A stretch of 39,211 bases of DNA from a virus (IMGVR_UViG_3300048576_000605:1-39211), one strand, 5' to 3'. Counted from the first letter of the stretch, positions 15,881 through 25,218 are shown. The notes: generated from the letters alone by a model not told the origin. Translations and numbers: made by a program.

Positions 15881-16435
15881 ATGCCCAAGTCCTCCACTAT
15901 CGACACCTTGCCGCCGGAGCTGCGCCAGGCATTCGATCGTTTCCTGGCCTCGCGCAAGGACCTGACCCTCGACGACGTGACGGCCTGGCTTAATGAGCAG
16001 CTGGCCGGATCTGGCGTGTCGGTCACGGTGTCGCGTTCGGCCGTCGGTCGTTACCGTAAGACCTTCGAGGAGGCGGCCTCGAAAATCCGCGAATCCCGAG
16101 AGATCGCCTCGGCGTTTGCCCGGGAGCTGGGGACCGCCCCCGAGGGCAATCTCGGGGCGCAGCTGGTGGAGCTGGTGCGCGGCCTGGCCTTCAAGATCGC
16201 GTCCCGGAGCGACCCGGGGGAGATGGATTTCGCGGACTTGGCCAAGCTGGCCAAGTCGGTCAAGGACGTGGAGGCCGGGGCCAAGCTCGGCATAGAGGCC
16301 GAGGCCAAGATCCGCGAGCAGGCCCGCCGGGAGCTTGAAGAGGAAGCCAAGAGACGGGTGTCCTCGGCCGTCAGCGACGGGCGACTTGATGCGGACACGG
16401 CCGAACAGACCTTACGGGTCCTGGGGTTTGCCTGA
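15881..16435 (+). CDS. Mu gp27-like terminase small subunit (DUF3486)
   Basis: 'KSSTIDTLPPELR...VSRSAVGRY'; precedes the large terminase. Confidence 0.85.
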   Translation: MPKSSTIDTLPPELRQAFDRFLASRKDLTLDDVTAWLNEQLAGSGVSVTVSRSAVGRYRKTFEEAASKIRESREIASAFARELGTAPEGNLGAQLVELVRGLAFKIASRSDPGEMDFADLAKLAKSVKDVEAGAKLGIEAEAKIREQARRELEEEAKRRVSSAVSDGRLDADTAEQTLRVLGFA

Positions 16436-17832
16436 TGCTCGACATGCCACCCCTCATCACCTTCCACCCGTATCAGCGCGCGTGGCTGGACGATGACTCC
16501 CGGTTCAAGATCGGGATGTTTTCTCGTCAAACGGGCAAGACATTCACCACCTGCGCCGAGATCGTGCGGGATTGCCTGCAAGCCGAGATAGAGGGCCGCC
16601 GGGTGCGCTGGGTCATCCTGTCGCGCGGCGAGCGCCAGGCCAAGGAGGCGGTGGACGAGGCCATCAAGCCGTTTTGCAAGGCTTTCTACCTGGTTTACAA
16701 CGCGCTTTTGGCCGGGAAACGGCCGCCGGACTTTTCCGAGGAGACATTCCGGGGGGAATCCGGCGCCGAATATACAGCCCTGGAAGTCCGGTTCCCCTCC
16801 GGGTCGCGAATCACGGCTCTGCCTGCCAATCCGGACACGGCGCGCGGCTTCTCGGCTAACGTTTTTCTGGACGAGTTCGCTTTCCACGAAAAATCCCGTG
16901 ACATCTGGCGGGCCATTTTCCCGGTCATCTCCAAAAGCGGCTTGCGCCTGCGGGTCACCTCCACGCCAAACGGCAAGGACAACAAGTTTTACGAGCTGTG
17001 GACCGCCAAGGACGACATCTGGAGCCGCCACCAGGTGGATATCCACGAGGCCGTGGCTCAGGGCCTGGACCGCGACATTGCCAGTCTGCGCCGGGGCCTG
17101 GCCGACGAGGAGGCCTGGGACCAGGAGTATGAACTGCAATTCCTGGAGACAGCCTCGTCCTGGCTTTCCTACGATCTGATCATATCCTGCGAACACGCCG
17201 AGGCGGGAAACCCCGACCTCTATGGCGGAGGCCCCGTCTTTGTCGGCAATGATATCGCCCGGCGCAAGGATTTGTGGGTGGCCTGGGTCTACGAGCTGGT
17301 GGGCGACGTGCTGTGGACCCGGGAAATCGTCGAGCTGCGCAATGCCAGCTTCGCTGCCCAGGACGCCGAAATGGATCGGATTTTCGAACGCTACCGCGTT
17401 TCCCGGTTCATCATGGACCAGACCGGCATGGGTGAAAAGCCCGTGGAGGACGCCCAGATCCGTTACGGCGCGGACCGGGTGGAAGGCGTGCTCATGTCCG
17501 GGGCCAGACCGCTTACCGTGGCCACGGCTGCCAAGCAGGGCTTCGAGGACCGCCGGGTACGTAACCCGGCCGGAAACACGGTCCTGCGCGATGACCTCCA
17601 CAAAATCCGCAAGGTGGTCGGACCCACGGGCTCGCCGCGCTTGCTGGCGGATCGGGACGGCCAGGGGCACGCGGACCGTAGCTGGGCCTGTTTCCTGGCC
17701 ATCGCCGGGGCGCTGTCCGGGGTGATGGAGTACGATTATATCCCGGCCGGGCGAGCCGAGACAGGCCCCGGCCATGACGACGATGACGATACGGGTGACG
17801 GCCGTGCCCAATTCGGCCGGGGAGCGTGGTGA
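16435..17832 (+). CDS. terL: Terminase large subunit (Mu gp28-like)
   Basis: 'FSRQTGKT' Walker A, 'LDEFAFH' Walker B, 'STPNG', nuclease 'GNDIARRKD', 'HAD'. Confidence 0.95.
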   Translation: MLDMPPLITFHPYQRAWLDDDSRFKIGMFSRQTGKTFTTCAEIVRDCLQAEIEGRRVRWVILSRGERQAKEAVDEAIKPFCKAFYLVYNALLAGKRPPDFSEETFRGESGAEYTALEVRFPSGSRITALPANPDTARGFSANVFLDEFAFHEKSRDIWRAIFPVISKSGLRLRVTSTPNGKDNKFYELWTAKDDIWSRHQVDIHEAVAQGLDRDIASLRRGLADEEAWDQEYELQFLETASSWLSYDLIISCEHAEAGNPDLYGGGPVFVGNDIARRKDLWVAWVYELVGDVLWTREIVELRNASFAAQDAEMDRIFERYRVSRFIMDQTGMGEKPVEDAQIRYGADRVEGVLMSGARPLTVATAAKQGFEDRRVRNPAGNTVLRDDLHKIRKVVGPTGSPRLLADRDGQGHADRSWACFLAIAGALSGVMEYDYIPAGRAETGPGHDDDDDTGDGRAQFGRGAW

Positions 17833-19433
17833 TGGCGACGCTGTATGATTACCTGGGCCGGCCCGTGGATCTGGGGCGGCTGCGTGAGGAGGAAGCCGGG
17901 CCGACCGTGTGCGGCGTGCGCCAGGTATTGTCCGGGCATCCGGCCCAGGGCCTGACCCCGGTGCGCCTGGCCCGGCTGCTGCGCGCGGCCGAGGACGGCG
18001 ACCCCACCGCCTACCTGGAGCTGGCCGAGGAAATGGAAGAGAAGGACCTCCACTACCGGAGTGTCCTGGCCACCCGGAAATACCAGGTGTCCGGCCTGGA
18101 GATCACGGTGGAGGCCGCGTCCGACGCGGCCGAGGACGTCAAGGCGGCGGACCTGGTCCGGGACTGGCTCGGGCGCGACGAGCTGGGCGACGAGCTGATC
18201 GACGTCCTGGACGCCGTGGGCAAGGGGTATTCGCTCACGGAGATCATCTGGGACACCTCGGGCGGCCAGTGGCTGCCCGAGCGGCTCGAATGGCGCGACC
18301 CGCGCTGGTTCCAGTTCGACCGGGTCGACGGCCGCACGCCCATGCTCTTGGCCGAGACCGGCCAGCCCACGCCGCTGTCGCCGTACAAGTACATTTACCA
18401 CGTCCACAAGAGTAAATCCGGCCTACCCATCCGAGGCGGCCTGGCCCGGGCCGCGAGCTGGGCCTACCTGTTCAAGAACTTCGACATCAAGGCCTGGGTC
18501 GAGTTCGCCGAGGTCTTCGGCGTGCCGCTGCGCCTGGGGAAATACGGCCCCGGGGCATCGGAGCAGGACAAACGGGTGCTGCTCCAGGCCGTGCGCAACA
18601 TCTCCCGGGACACGGCGGCCATCATCCCGGCCTCCATGACCATCGAATGGGTCGAGGCCAAGATCTCGGGGAACGTCGCCCTATTCGAGAAACTGGCGGA
18701 ATTCTTTGACAAACAAGTCAGCAAGGCGGTCCTGGGCCAGACCGGCACCACGGACGTGGGCCAGCACGTGGGCACGGCCAACGCCCACGAGGAGGTGCGC
18801 CAGGACATCGAGACGGCCGACGCCCGCCAGCTGGGCACCTCGCTCAACCGCGACCTGGTGCGGCCCATGGTCGACCTCAACCTGGGCCCGCGCGCGCGGT
18901 ACCCCCGGGTGAGCATCACGCGCCGGGACGAGGAGGATCTGACGGCCCTGGCCGACAATCTGTCCAAGTTGGTGCCGCTGGGGCTCAAGGTGGGCATGTC
19001 CACGATCCGGGACAAGTACGGGCTGCCCGATCCGGACCCGGACGAGGAGCTGCTCCATGCCCCGAGCCAGGGCCCCGGCGCGGATCGCGGCCAGCTCGAC
19101 GCGCCGTCCGACATATCCCCGCGCCAGGTCGCCGCCTCCCGGGCCGTCAATGCCGTCCCGCCGGCCGGCCCCGGCCAGCCCATGGATGCCGTGGACGCGG
19201 CCGTGGCCCAGGAGCTGGACGGCTGGCAGCCGCTCGTCAATCCGCTCCTGGAGCCGGTGCGCCGGCTGCTTGACGAGTGTTTGCAGCAGGGGCTCACGCT
19301 CGACGACTTCCTGGCCCGGCTGCCCGGAGTGGTGGCCGATCAGGACACGGCCGCGCTCACCGAGCACCTGGCCCGGTTGACCTTTGCCGCGCGCCTGGCC
19401 GGCGAAACAGGGGCGTCCGGTGGCGGCAGGTAG
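17832..19433 (+). CDS. Portal protein (Mu gp29, DUF935)
   Basis: 'LTPVRLARLLRAAEDGD', 'FGVPLRLGKY', 'SKAVLGQT'. Confidence 0.93.
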   Translation: MATLYDYLGRPVDLGRLREEEAGPTVCGVRQVLSGHPAQGLTPVRLARLLRAAEDGDPTAYLELAEEMEEKDLHYRSVLATRKYQVSGLEITVEAASDAAEDVKAADLVRDWLGRDELGDELIDVLDAVGKGYSLTEIIWDTSGGQWLPERLEWRDPRWFQFDRVDGRTPMLLAETGQPTPLSPYKYIYHVHKSKSGLPIRGGLARAASWAYLFKNFDIKAWVEFAEVFGVPLRLGKYGPGASEQDKRVLLQAVRNISRDTAAIIPASMTIEWVEAKISGNVALFEKLAEFFDKQVSKAVLGQTGTTDVGQHVGTANAHEEVRQDIETADARQLGTSLNRDLVRPMVDLNLGPRARYPRVSITRRDEEDLTALADNLSKLVPLGLKVGMSTIRDKYGLPDPDPDEELLHAPSQGPGADRGQLDAPSDISPRQVAASRAVNAVPPAGPGQPMDAVDAAVAQELDGWQPLVNPLLEPVRRLLDECLQQGLTLDDFLARLPGVVADQDTAALTEHLARLTFAARLAGETGASGGGR

Positions 19434-20763
19434 CGGCATCCAATTCAAGCCGCTCCCGCCCGAGGAGGCCATCGCCTATTTCAAGGCCAAGGGCTACAAC
19501 CTGGCCCCGTCCTGGGACTGGCGCGACGTCTGGCAACGGGAGCACGCCACGGCCTTTACCGTGGCCAAAACGGCCGGCTACGATGTGCTCAAGGATATCC
19601 AGGCGGCCGTCGATGATGCCATCAGCCAGGGGTTGACCCTCAAGCAGTTTTCGGAGCGGCTTGCGCCAATCCTTCAGGCCAAGGGCTGGTGGGGTAAGCG
19701 GGAGATGCCCGATCCCGTGACCGGCGAGGTCAGGACGGTCCAGCTCGGCAGCCCGCGCCGGCTCAAGATCATCTACGACACCAACCTGCGCATGAGCCTG
19801 GCCGCCGGCGAATGGGCCCGGATCGAGCGCACCAAGACGGTCGCGCCGTATCTGCGCTACACGGCCATCCTGGACGGCCGCACCCGGCCGCTGCACCGGG
19901 CCTGGGACGGCACCATCCTGCCGGTGGACCATCCCTGGTGGTCCACGCATTTCCCGCCCAACGGCTGGCGCTGCCGCTGCTCCACCATCCAATTGTCCGC
20001 CCATGATCTCGACGCGATGGGCTGGCAGGTCTCGCCCGATCCCCGGGACGAGCAGACCGTCTACGCCAATGAACGCACGGGCGAGGTGACCACCGTGCCC
20101 GTGGGCATCGACCCCGGGTTTGCCTACAACCCGGGCCAGGCCGCCCTGGATGGCCACGCCGCCCGGGCGCTCATGGGCAAGTTGGCGGACGCCAGCCCGA
20201 ACATGGCCGCCGCCCAGGCTGCCAGCGCCCGGTTCGTGGTGCCGGCGCTCAAGGGGGAGTTCGGGCGATGGGTGGACGCTCTCGCCCAGGACCTGGCCGG
20301 CGGCACGGCCAAGGCGGCCGGAGAGCGGTTCGTGGCCGGCGCCCTGGACCAGGTGGTCCTGGATGCCCTGGCCTCCCGGGAGATCGTCCCCGATTCGGGC
20401 GCCATCACCATCTCGGACCGGGTCGTCCAGCACATGCTGCGCGACGCCAAGGCCGCCTCCGGCCGGGCCCTGGCCGTGGCCGACATCCGGGAGCTGCCGC
20501 AGATCCTGGCCGAGCCAGAGGCCATCCTCTGGGACAAGTCCAAGAAAAATCTGCTCTATGTATTTTCCCCGGCCGGGGATGGCCGGGAAGGAAAGGTCGC
20601 GGTCGAGGTCAACCAGGGAGCCAAGCTCCCCCGGCAGCCCGGGAAAAAGGCTCCGGCGATCGTGACCAACAGCGTGGTGACAGGGGGACTTGTGGAGAGG
20701 GCGCAGCTGCTGGATGGAAATCGGTATACGGTGATCGCATCGAAGCCCACTTGGGAAAAATGA
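19420..20763 (+). CDS. MuF (gp30) head morphogenesis protein with C-terminal PBECR-like extension
   Basis: MuF core 'AFTVAK', 'RLKIIYDTN', 'DGRTRPLH', 'PPNGWRCRC'; extra ~125 aa 'VVQHMLRDAK...LPQILAEPEAILWDKSKKNLLYVF'. Confidence 0.88.
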   Translation: MAAGSGIQFKPLPPEEAIAYFKAKGYNLAPSWDWRDVWQREHATAFTVAKTAGYDVLKDIQAAVDDAISQGLTLKQFSERLAPILQAKGWWGKREMPDPVTGEVRTVQLGSPRRLKIIYDTNLRMSLAAGEWARIERTKTVAPYLRYTAILDGRTRPLHRAWDGTILPVDHPWWSTHFPPNGWRCRCSTIQLSAHDLDAMGWQVSPDPRDEQTVYANERTGEVTTVPVGIDPGFAYNPGQAALDGHAARALMGKLADASPNMAAAQAASARFVVPALKGEFGRWVDALAQDLAGGTAKAAGERFVAGALDQVVLDALASREIVPDSGAITISDRVVQHMLRDAKAASGRALAVADIRELPQILAEPEAILWDKSKKNLLYVFSPAGDGREGKVAVEVNQGAKLPRQPGKKAPAIVTNSVVTGGLVERAQLLDGNRYTVIASKPTWEK

Positions 20764-20850
20764 CCGACCCGGAGGGCGCCAATCCCCATCCACCCCCGGG
20801 CTTGCCGGGCGCGCGTCGATACGGCGACTTTTCGAGCGTTCGGGTCGGTC
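20762..20850 (-). ncRNA. Candidate structured RNA (cloverleaf-like with loop-loop pairing) directly downstream of muF
   Basis: 10-bp closing stem GACCGACCCG/CGGGTCGGTC, three internal hairpins, complementary loops CGCC/GGCG; strand inferred from a minus-strand promoter-like sequence at 20894-20866. Confidence 0.5.
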
Positions 20851-21065
20851 GATGCGGGCACCTGAGAAATATGCCCGCCTGGGCCTTTTGGCAACCTGGG
20901 GCAGGCCGATATGCCTGAAATCCAGTAAATCGCCTAGTAAACGCCCCTGGGCGCGCGTGCGGGGCATGTGCGGGGTTGCCTCGGGACCACTTCGCGGGGT
21001 ATCCGTCGGACACGCCTCCCTTGGCCGCTCCGGCCCGTCCTTCCCTCTCACGAAAAATGACTCTG

Positions 21066-21113
21066 GGTCGGAAATTTTTCCGACCTCCAATCCCGCGCCG
21101 CCCGCCCTATGGT
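21066..21113 (+). promoter_or_regulatory. Putative late promoter of the head operon (palindrome + -10 box, probably leaderless)
   Basis: GGTCGGAAATTTTTCCGACC palindrome; TATGGT at 21108-21113, 7 nt before ATG 21121 with no SD. Confidence 0.6.
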
Positions 21114-21120
21114 CCGGGCC

Positions 21121-22260
21121 ATGCTGCGCCGCGCCATCAACACCGTCTCCCTGGCCGTCGGGGAATCCCCGCAATGGGTCCAGCTCCTGCCCGCCGGCAC
21201 GTTTTCCGGCCGGGACGGGGCCGGCCCCTACCACCTGGACGATCCCCAGGCCGTTATCGACGCCACCCTGGCCGCCGCTTCCGGGGCGGACCTGCCCATC
21301 GACTACGATCACCAGACCCTGTGGAGCTCGAAAAACGGCCAACCCGCCGTGGCCTCCGGCTGGATCAAGCAGTACCAGGCCCGGCCGGACGGTGTCTGGG
21401 GACTGGTCGAATGGACCCGGGCCGCCGCCGGTCGGCTGGCGGACCGCGAGTACCGGTATCTGTCGCCGGTGTTTTGGCACGACGCCTCGGGCAACGTGAT
21501 CCGCATCGAGCATGCGGCCCTGACCAATGTCCCAAACCTGGAGCTGGCGGCCGTGGCCTCCAGGCTCCCAATCCCAACCCTCGGAGGGGAAATGGACCCC
21601 AAGCTTCTCGCCGCCCTGGCCGCCGCCCTGGGGCTGCCGGCCGACATCGCGGCCGAACAACTGGTGGCGCACGCCAAAAATGTGGCCGCCCGGGACACGG
21701 CGACCGGACAAATCCTGGCCGCCATGGCCAAAAGCCTGGGGCTGGCCGTGACGGCCGCCCCCGAGGCCGTGCAGACGGCCGTGGCCGACATCCTGGCCGC
21801 CACCAACGAGACCGCCCAGATCCTGGGCGTGGCCGGTCCTGTCAAGCCGGCCCAACTGGCCGCCCATGCCCGGGAGCTGTTCAGGGCCAAACAGGGGCAG
21901 GCCGACACGGCCGATCCCGCCAAATACGTGCCCATGGAGCAGTTCCGGGCCGTGGCCGATCGCCTGGGCGCGCTTGAAAGCGGGCTGGCCACGGACAAGG
22001 CGACCGCCGCCGTGGAGGCGGCCATGGCCGCCGGCAAGATCACCCCCAAAACGAAGGAGTGGGCCCTGGCGTATGCCTCCAAGGACCCGGCCGGGTTCGT
22101 CTCGCTCATGGCGGTCGCCCCGGTCATCGTCAAGCCGGGGCGTGAGGTCCAGGGCCAGCCGCCGGCCGCCGGCGGGGAGTTGGGGGAGGAGGAGCTGGCC
22201 GTGTGCTCGCGCATGGGCCTGACTCCCGAGGAGTACAAGAGACATCGGGAGGGCGTGTAA
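21121..22260 (+). CDS. Mu gpI-like prohead protease (with in-frame scaffold)
   Basis: 'IDYDHQT', 'ASGWI', 'VEWT', 'EYRYLSPVF', 'ALTNVPNL'. Confidence 0.93.
   Translation: MLRRAINTVSLAVGESPQWVQLLPAGTFSGRDGAGPYHLDDPQAVIDATLAAASGADLPIDYDHQTLWSSKNGQPAVASGWIKQYQARPDGVWGLVEWTRAAAGRLADREYRYLSPVFWHDASGNVIRIEHAALTNVPNLELAAVASRLPIPTLGGEMDPKLLAALAAALGLPADIAAEQLVAHAKNVAARDTATGQILAAMAKSLGLAVTAAPEAVQTAVADILAATNETAQILGVAGPVKPAQLAAHARELFRAKQGQADTADPAKYVPMEQFRAVADRLGALESGLATDKATAAVEAAMAAGKITPKTKEWALAYASKDPAGFVSLMAVAPVIVKPGREVQGQPPAAGGELGEEELAVCSRMGLTPEEYKRHREGV
21592..22260 (+). CDS. Scaffolding protein Z-like (internal in-frame start)
   Basis: GGAGGG RBS before ATG 21592 (MDPKLLAALAAALGL...), as for Mu I/Z. 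Confidence 0.65.
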   Translation: MDPKLLAALAAALGLPADIAAEQLVAHAKNVAARDTATGQILAAMAKSLGLAVTAAPEAVQTAVADILAATNETAQILGVAGPVKPAQLAAHARELFRAKQGQADTADPAKYVPMEQFRAVADRLGALESGLATDKATAAVEAAMAAGKITPKTKEWALAYASKDPAGFVSLMAVAPVIVKPGREVQGQPPAAGGELGEEELAVCSRMGLTPEEYKRHREGV

Positions 22261-22659
22261 ATGGCTGCCTTGACCAAGGATCGCAACACCCCGACCCGGG
22301 AAGGGCGGGTCTATTCCCACCCTTTGGCGGCCGGAAAGGTCGTTTTCGCCGGGGCGCTGATCGTGCTTTCCGCGACCGGCTATGCCGAGCCCGCCACCAC
22401 GGCCACCGGCAAGAAGGGTTTGGGCCGGGCCAAGGGGTACGTGAGCAATGCCGGCGGCGCGGACGGCGCCGTCGCCGTCACCGTCGAACGCGGGCTCTAT
22501 CAGTTCGCCAACGACGGCAACGTGACCCGGGCGCATATCGGCGGGTCGGCCTATGCCGTGGATGACCAGACCGTGGCCCCGACTGACGGCACCGGCACCC
22601 GCTCCGCCGTGGGCACCATTCGCGACGTGGATGCCCTGGGCGTCTGGGTCGAATTCTAG
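22261..22659 (+). CDS. Capsid decoration/cement protein
   Basis: 'ALTKDRNTP...YAVDDQTV...GVWVEF' between protease and capsid. Confidence 0.78.
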   Translation: MAALTKDRNTPTREGRVYSHPLAAGKVVFAGALIVLSATGYAEPATTATGKKGLGRAKGYVSNAGGADGAVAVTVERGLYQFANDGNVTRAHIGGSAYAVDDQTVAPTDGTGTRSAVGTIRDVDALGVWVEF

Positions 22660-22671
22660 GGGGGAATCAGC

Positions 22672-23565
22672 ATGAATGTCATCAATGCCGCGCTGCTCTC
22701 GGCGCTGTTCACCGGGTACCGGACACTGTTCCAGCAAGCCTTCGCCGGCGCCCCCTCTTTCTGGGAGAGGGTGGCCATGCTCGTGCCATCGACCACGGCC
22801 GAGGAGCATTATCCCTGGCTGGGCGACATCGCGGATCTCCGCGAATGGATCGGCGACCGCGTGGTCAACGCCCTGGCCCTGCATGACTATGCCATTCGCA
22901 ACAAGAAGTTCGAGCAGACCATCGGCGTGTCCAGGGACGCCATCGAGGACGATACCTACGGCATTTTCGGTCCCCGGTTCTCCATGCTCGGCGACAACGC
23001 CAAGCGCCATCCCGACCGGCTCATCTTCGCCCTGCTCAAGGCCGGGTTCGCCACGCTCTGTTACGACGGCCAGTATTTTTTCGATACTGATCATTCGGTC
23101 GTGGTCAACGGCGTGGAGACCAGCGTCTCCAATTCCGGAGGCGGCGCGGGTACGCCCTGGTTCCTGCTGGACGTGAGCCGCCCCATCAAGCCGCTCATCT
23201 TCCAGAAGCGCCGGGACTACAACCTGGTCAGTCTGGACCGCGCCACCGACGCCAACGTCTTCATGCGCGACGAGTACCTCTACGGCGTGGATGCCCGGGT
23301 CAACGTCGGCTTCGGCTTCTGGCAGATGGCCTACGGCAGCAAGCAGGCCCTGGACGCCGACGCCTATGCAGCGGCCAGGGGGGGCATGCAGTCCCTGGTC
23401 AACGAGGCCGGCGCCCCGCTCGGCATCATGCCCAACCTGCTCGTGGTGCCTCCGGCCTTGGAAGGCACGGCCCGCAAGATCCTGAAAAACGAGTACGGCG
23501 CCAACGGGGCCACCAACGAATGGTTCGGGACGGCCGACGTGCTGGTCGTGCCGTACCTGGCCTAG
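22672..23565 (+). CDS. Major capsid protein (Mu gpT family)
   Basis: 'YPWLG...LREWIGDR', 'IEDDTYG', 'CYDGQYFFDTDH', 'YGVDAR', 'LLVVPPALE'. Confidence 0.95.
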   Translation: MNVINAALLSALFTGYRTLFQQAFAGAPSFWERVAMLVPSTTAEEHYPWLGDIADLREWIGDRVVNALALHDYAIRNKKFEQTIGVSRDAIEDDTYGIFGPRFSMLGDNAKRHPDRLIFALLKAGFATLCYDGQYFFDTDHSVVVNGVETSVSNSGGGAGTPWFLLDVSRPIKPLIFQKRRDYNLVSLDRATDANVFMRDEYLYGVDARVNVGFGFWQMAYGSKQALDADAYAAARGGMQSLVNEAGAPLGIMPNLLVVPPALEGTARKILKNEYGANGATNEWFGTADVLVVPYLA

Positions 23566-23574
23566 GAAGGCCCC

Positions 23575-23814
23575 ATGAACGTCATCCGCATCACCAGCAA
23601 GCAGGACGGCTTCCGCCGGGCGGGGATCGCCCACCCGGCGGGGCCGGTGGACCATCCGGCCGAGGAGATCTCGGCCGAGCAGCTTGAGATCCTCCGGGCC
23701 GAGCCCATGCTCGTGGTCCAGGAACTGGAGCTGCCCGACGAAGGCGACGGCGGCAAGCCCAAGTCCAAGGACGCCAAGTGGGCGATAGGGAGGAGACGGG
23801 GCGATGTATGTTGA
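23575..23814 (+). CDS. Mu gp35 / HI1506-like protein
   Basis: 'IRITSKQDGFRRAGIAH...LRAEPMLVV'. Confidence 0.82.
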   Translation: MNVIRITSKQDGFRRAGIAHPAGPVDHPAEEISAEQLEILRAEPMLVVQELELPDEGDGGKPKSKDAKWAIGRRRGDVC

Positions 23815-24229
23815 CCAGGCCGGCATGGCGGATCGCTACGGCGAGACCGTGCTTATCCAGCTCACGGACCGGGCCACGCCCATGACCGGGGCCATCGACG
23901 CCACTGTGCTGTCTCGGGCCCTGGCCGACGCGGCCGCCGTGATCCACGGCTATGCCCGGTCCGCCGGGTACGCCGTGCCGTTCGATCCGGCGGCGCCGGA
24001 CATGGTGGCCGGCTGGCAGGCCTGCATCGCCCTCTATCTGCTCTATCGCAACGAGGTCCCGGACAAGGTCAAGGAGGATCGCGACACCGCCCTGTCCCAG
24101 CTGCGGGATCTGGCCGCCGGACGCATCACCTTGCAGGCCGCCGGCGCCGTCGCTCCGGCCCCGGCCGAAGGCGCGGCCGTATTGTTCGAGGCGCCGGGCC
24201 GGGTCATGGATCACCTGGAGGGCTACTAG
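23804..24229 (+). CDS. Head-tail adaptor (Mu gp36, DUF1320)
   Basis: 'MY...DRYGETVLIQLTDR...ALADAAAVIHGY...IALYLLY'. Confidence 0.88.
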   Translation: MYVDQAGMADRYGETVLIQLTDRATPMTGAIDATVLSRALADAAAVIHGYARSAGYAVPFDPAAPDMVAGWQACIALYLLYRNEVPDKVKEDRDTALSQLRDLAAGRITLQAAGAVAPAPAEGAAVLFEAPGRVMDHLEGY

Positions 24230-24230
24230 C

Positions 24231-24755
24231 ATGGCCGGTGTCACCCTCCGCGCCGAGGACACCCAGGTCCGGGTCGCCCTGGACGCCTACCTGGACCGGC
24301 TGGGCCACCTCGACGGCGTCATGGACGCCATCGGCGGTCGGCTGCTCAATCTGTCGCGGCTGTGCTTCGTCGGCGAGCGGGACCCCTGGGGGTCGCCCTG
24401 GAAACCCCTGGCCGCCTCCACCATCCTGCAACGCACAAAGACCAAGCACTGGCCGGGCCCGATCCTGCGGGTCAAGGGGGCAACCAGTGGCGGTCTGAAG
24501 GGGTCAACCGGTGGGGGCCTATATGGCTCTCTCAATTACAAGCCTGCCTCGACATCCGTCGAGATCGGCGCCGGTTGGAACGAATCGATGGCGTACGCCG
24601 CCATCCAGCTGCTCGGCGGCCCGGCCGGCCGGGGCCACAAGGTGACCATCCCGGCCCGGGCCTACCTGCCGACCGACGGCACCCTGCCGGACCCGTGGAT
24701 CGCCGCCTGCCTGGCCATCATCAACCAGTTCCTGGCGGAGGCCGGCAATGCCTGA
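24231..24755 (+). CDS. Virion morphogenesis/tail completion protein (Mu gpG-like)
   Basis: 'DPWGSPWKPLAAST', 'YAAIQLLGG', 'IPARAYL'. Confidence 0.85.
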   Translation: MAGVTLRAEDTQVRVALDAYLDRLGHLDGVMDAIGGRLLNLSRLCFVGERDPWGSPWKPLAASTILQRTKTKHWPGPILRVKGATSGGLKGSTGGGLYGSLNYKPASTSVEIGAGWNESMAYAAIQLLGGPAGRGHKVTIPARAYLPTDGTLPDPWIAACLAIINQFLAEAGNA

Positions 24756-25215
24756 CCGGAGCATCACCGAGATCGAGGACGCCCTGGTGGCCAGGCTGTC
24801 CGGCCTGACCGCCTCCCATGGCGTGCGCCAGGTCGCTCCGTACAACGGCGATCTGGACCTGGCGCGATTCCAGGCGTCGGTCCAACAGTGGCCGGCCGTG
24901 CTCGTCTACTACGCCGGATCGGTCCTGGAGGAGCATGGCCAGCGCCGGGCCGAGACCATGGAATGGGTCGTGTTCTGCTGCGACCGGCACGCCTCCGACC
25001 AGTCCCAGGCCCGGCGGGGTGGGGCGACCAACCCCGGCAGCTACACGCTGCTCAAGGCCGTGGCCAGCCTCCTGGAGGGCCGCCGCCCCATCGCGGCCGA
25101 CGACGTGTTCCCGGCCGTCCGCATCGCCCAGCAGTCGGAAATCCAGGGCGAAGGGATGAGTGTGTACTCGTCCCGATACGCCATCAAAACCGTTTACCTC
25201 GTCCCCATGGAGTAA
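24748..25215 (+). CDS. Tail terminator (Mu gp37, DUF1834-like)
   Basis: 'ITEIEDALVARL...WPAVLVYY'; position before the tail tube. Confidence 0.75.
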   Translation: MPDRSITEIEDALVARLSGLTASHGVRQVAPYNGDLDLARFQASVQQWPAVLVYYAGSVLEEHGQRRAETMEWVVFCCDRHASDQSQARRGGATNPGSYTLLKAVASLLEGRRPIAADDVFPAVRIAQQSEIQGEGMSVYSSRYAIKTVYLVPME

Positions 25216-25218
25216 ATC

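Noticed and set aside
20762-20850. Canonical tRNA gene
   Set aside because: No TTCRA T-loop, no D-loop GG, no CCA and a 10-bp closing stem; retained only as a tRNA-like structured element
20609-21499. ORFs crossing the muF-protease gap as possible immunity genes
   Set aside because: Pro/Arg/Gly-rich, no SD, overlap real genes extensively; not credible proteins
19357-23826. 1489-aa minus-strand ORF
   Set aside because: Antisense shadow of GC-rich muF/protease/capsid genes; no recognisable motifs or RBS, composition typical of reverse-frame translation
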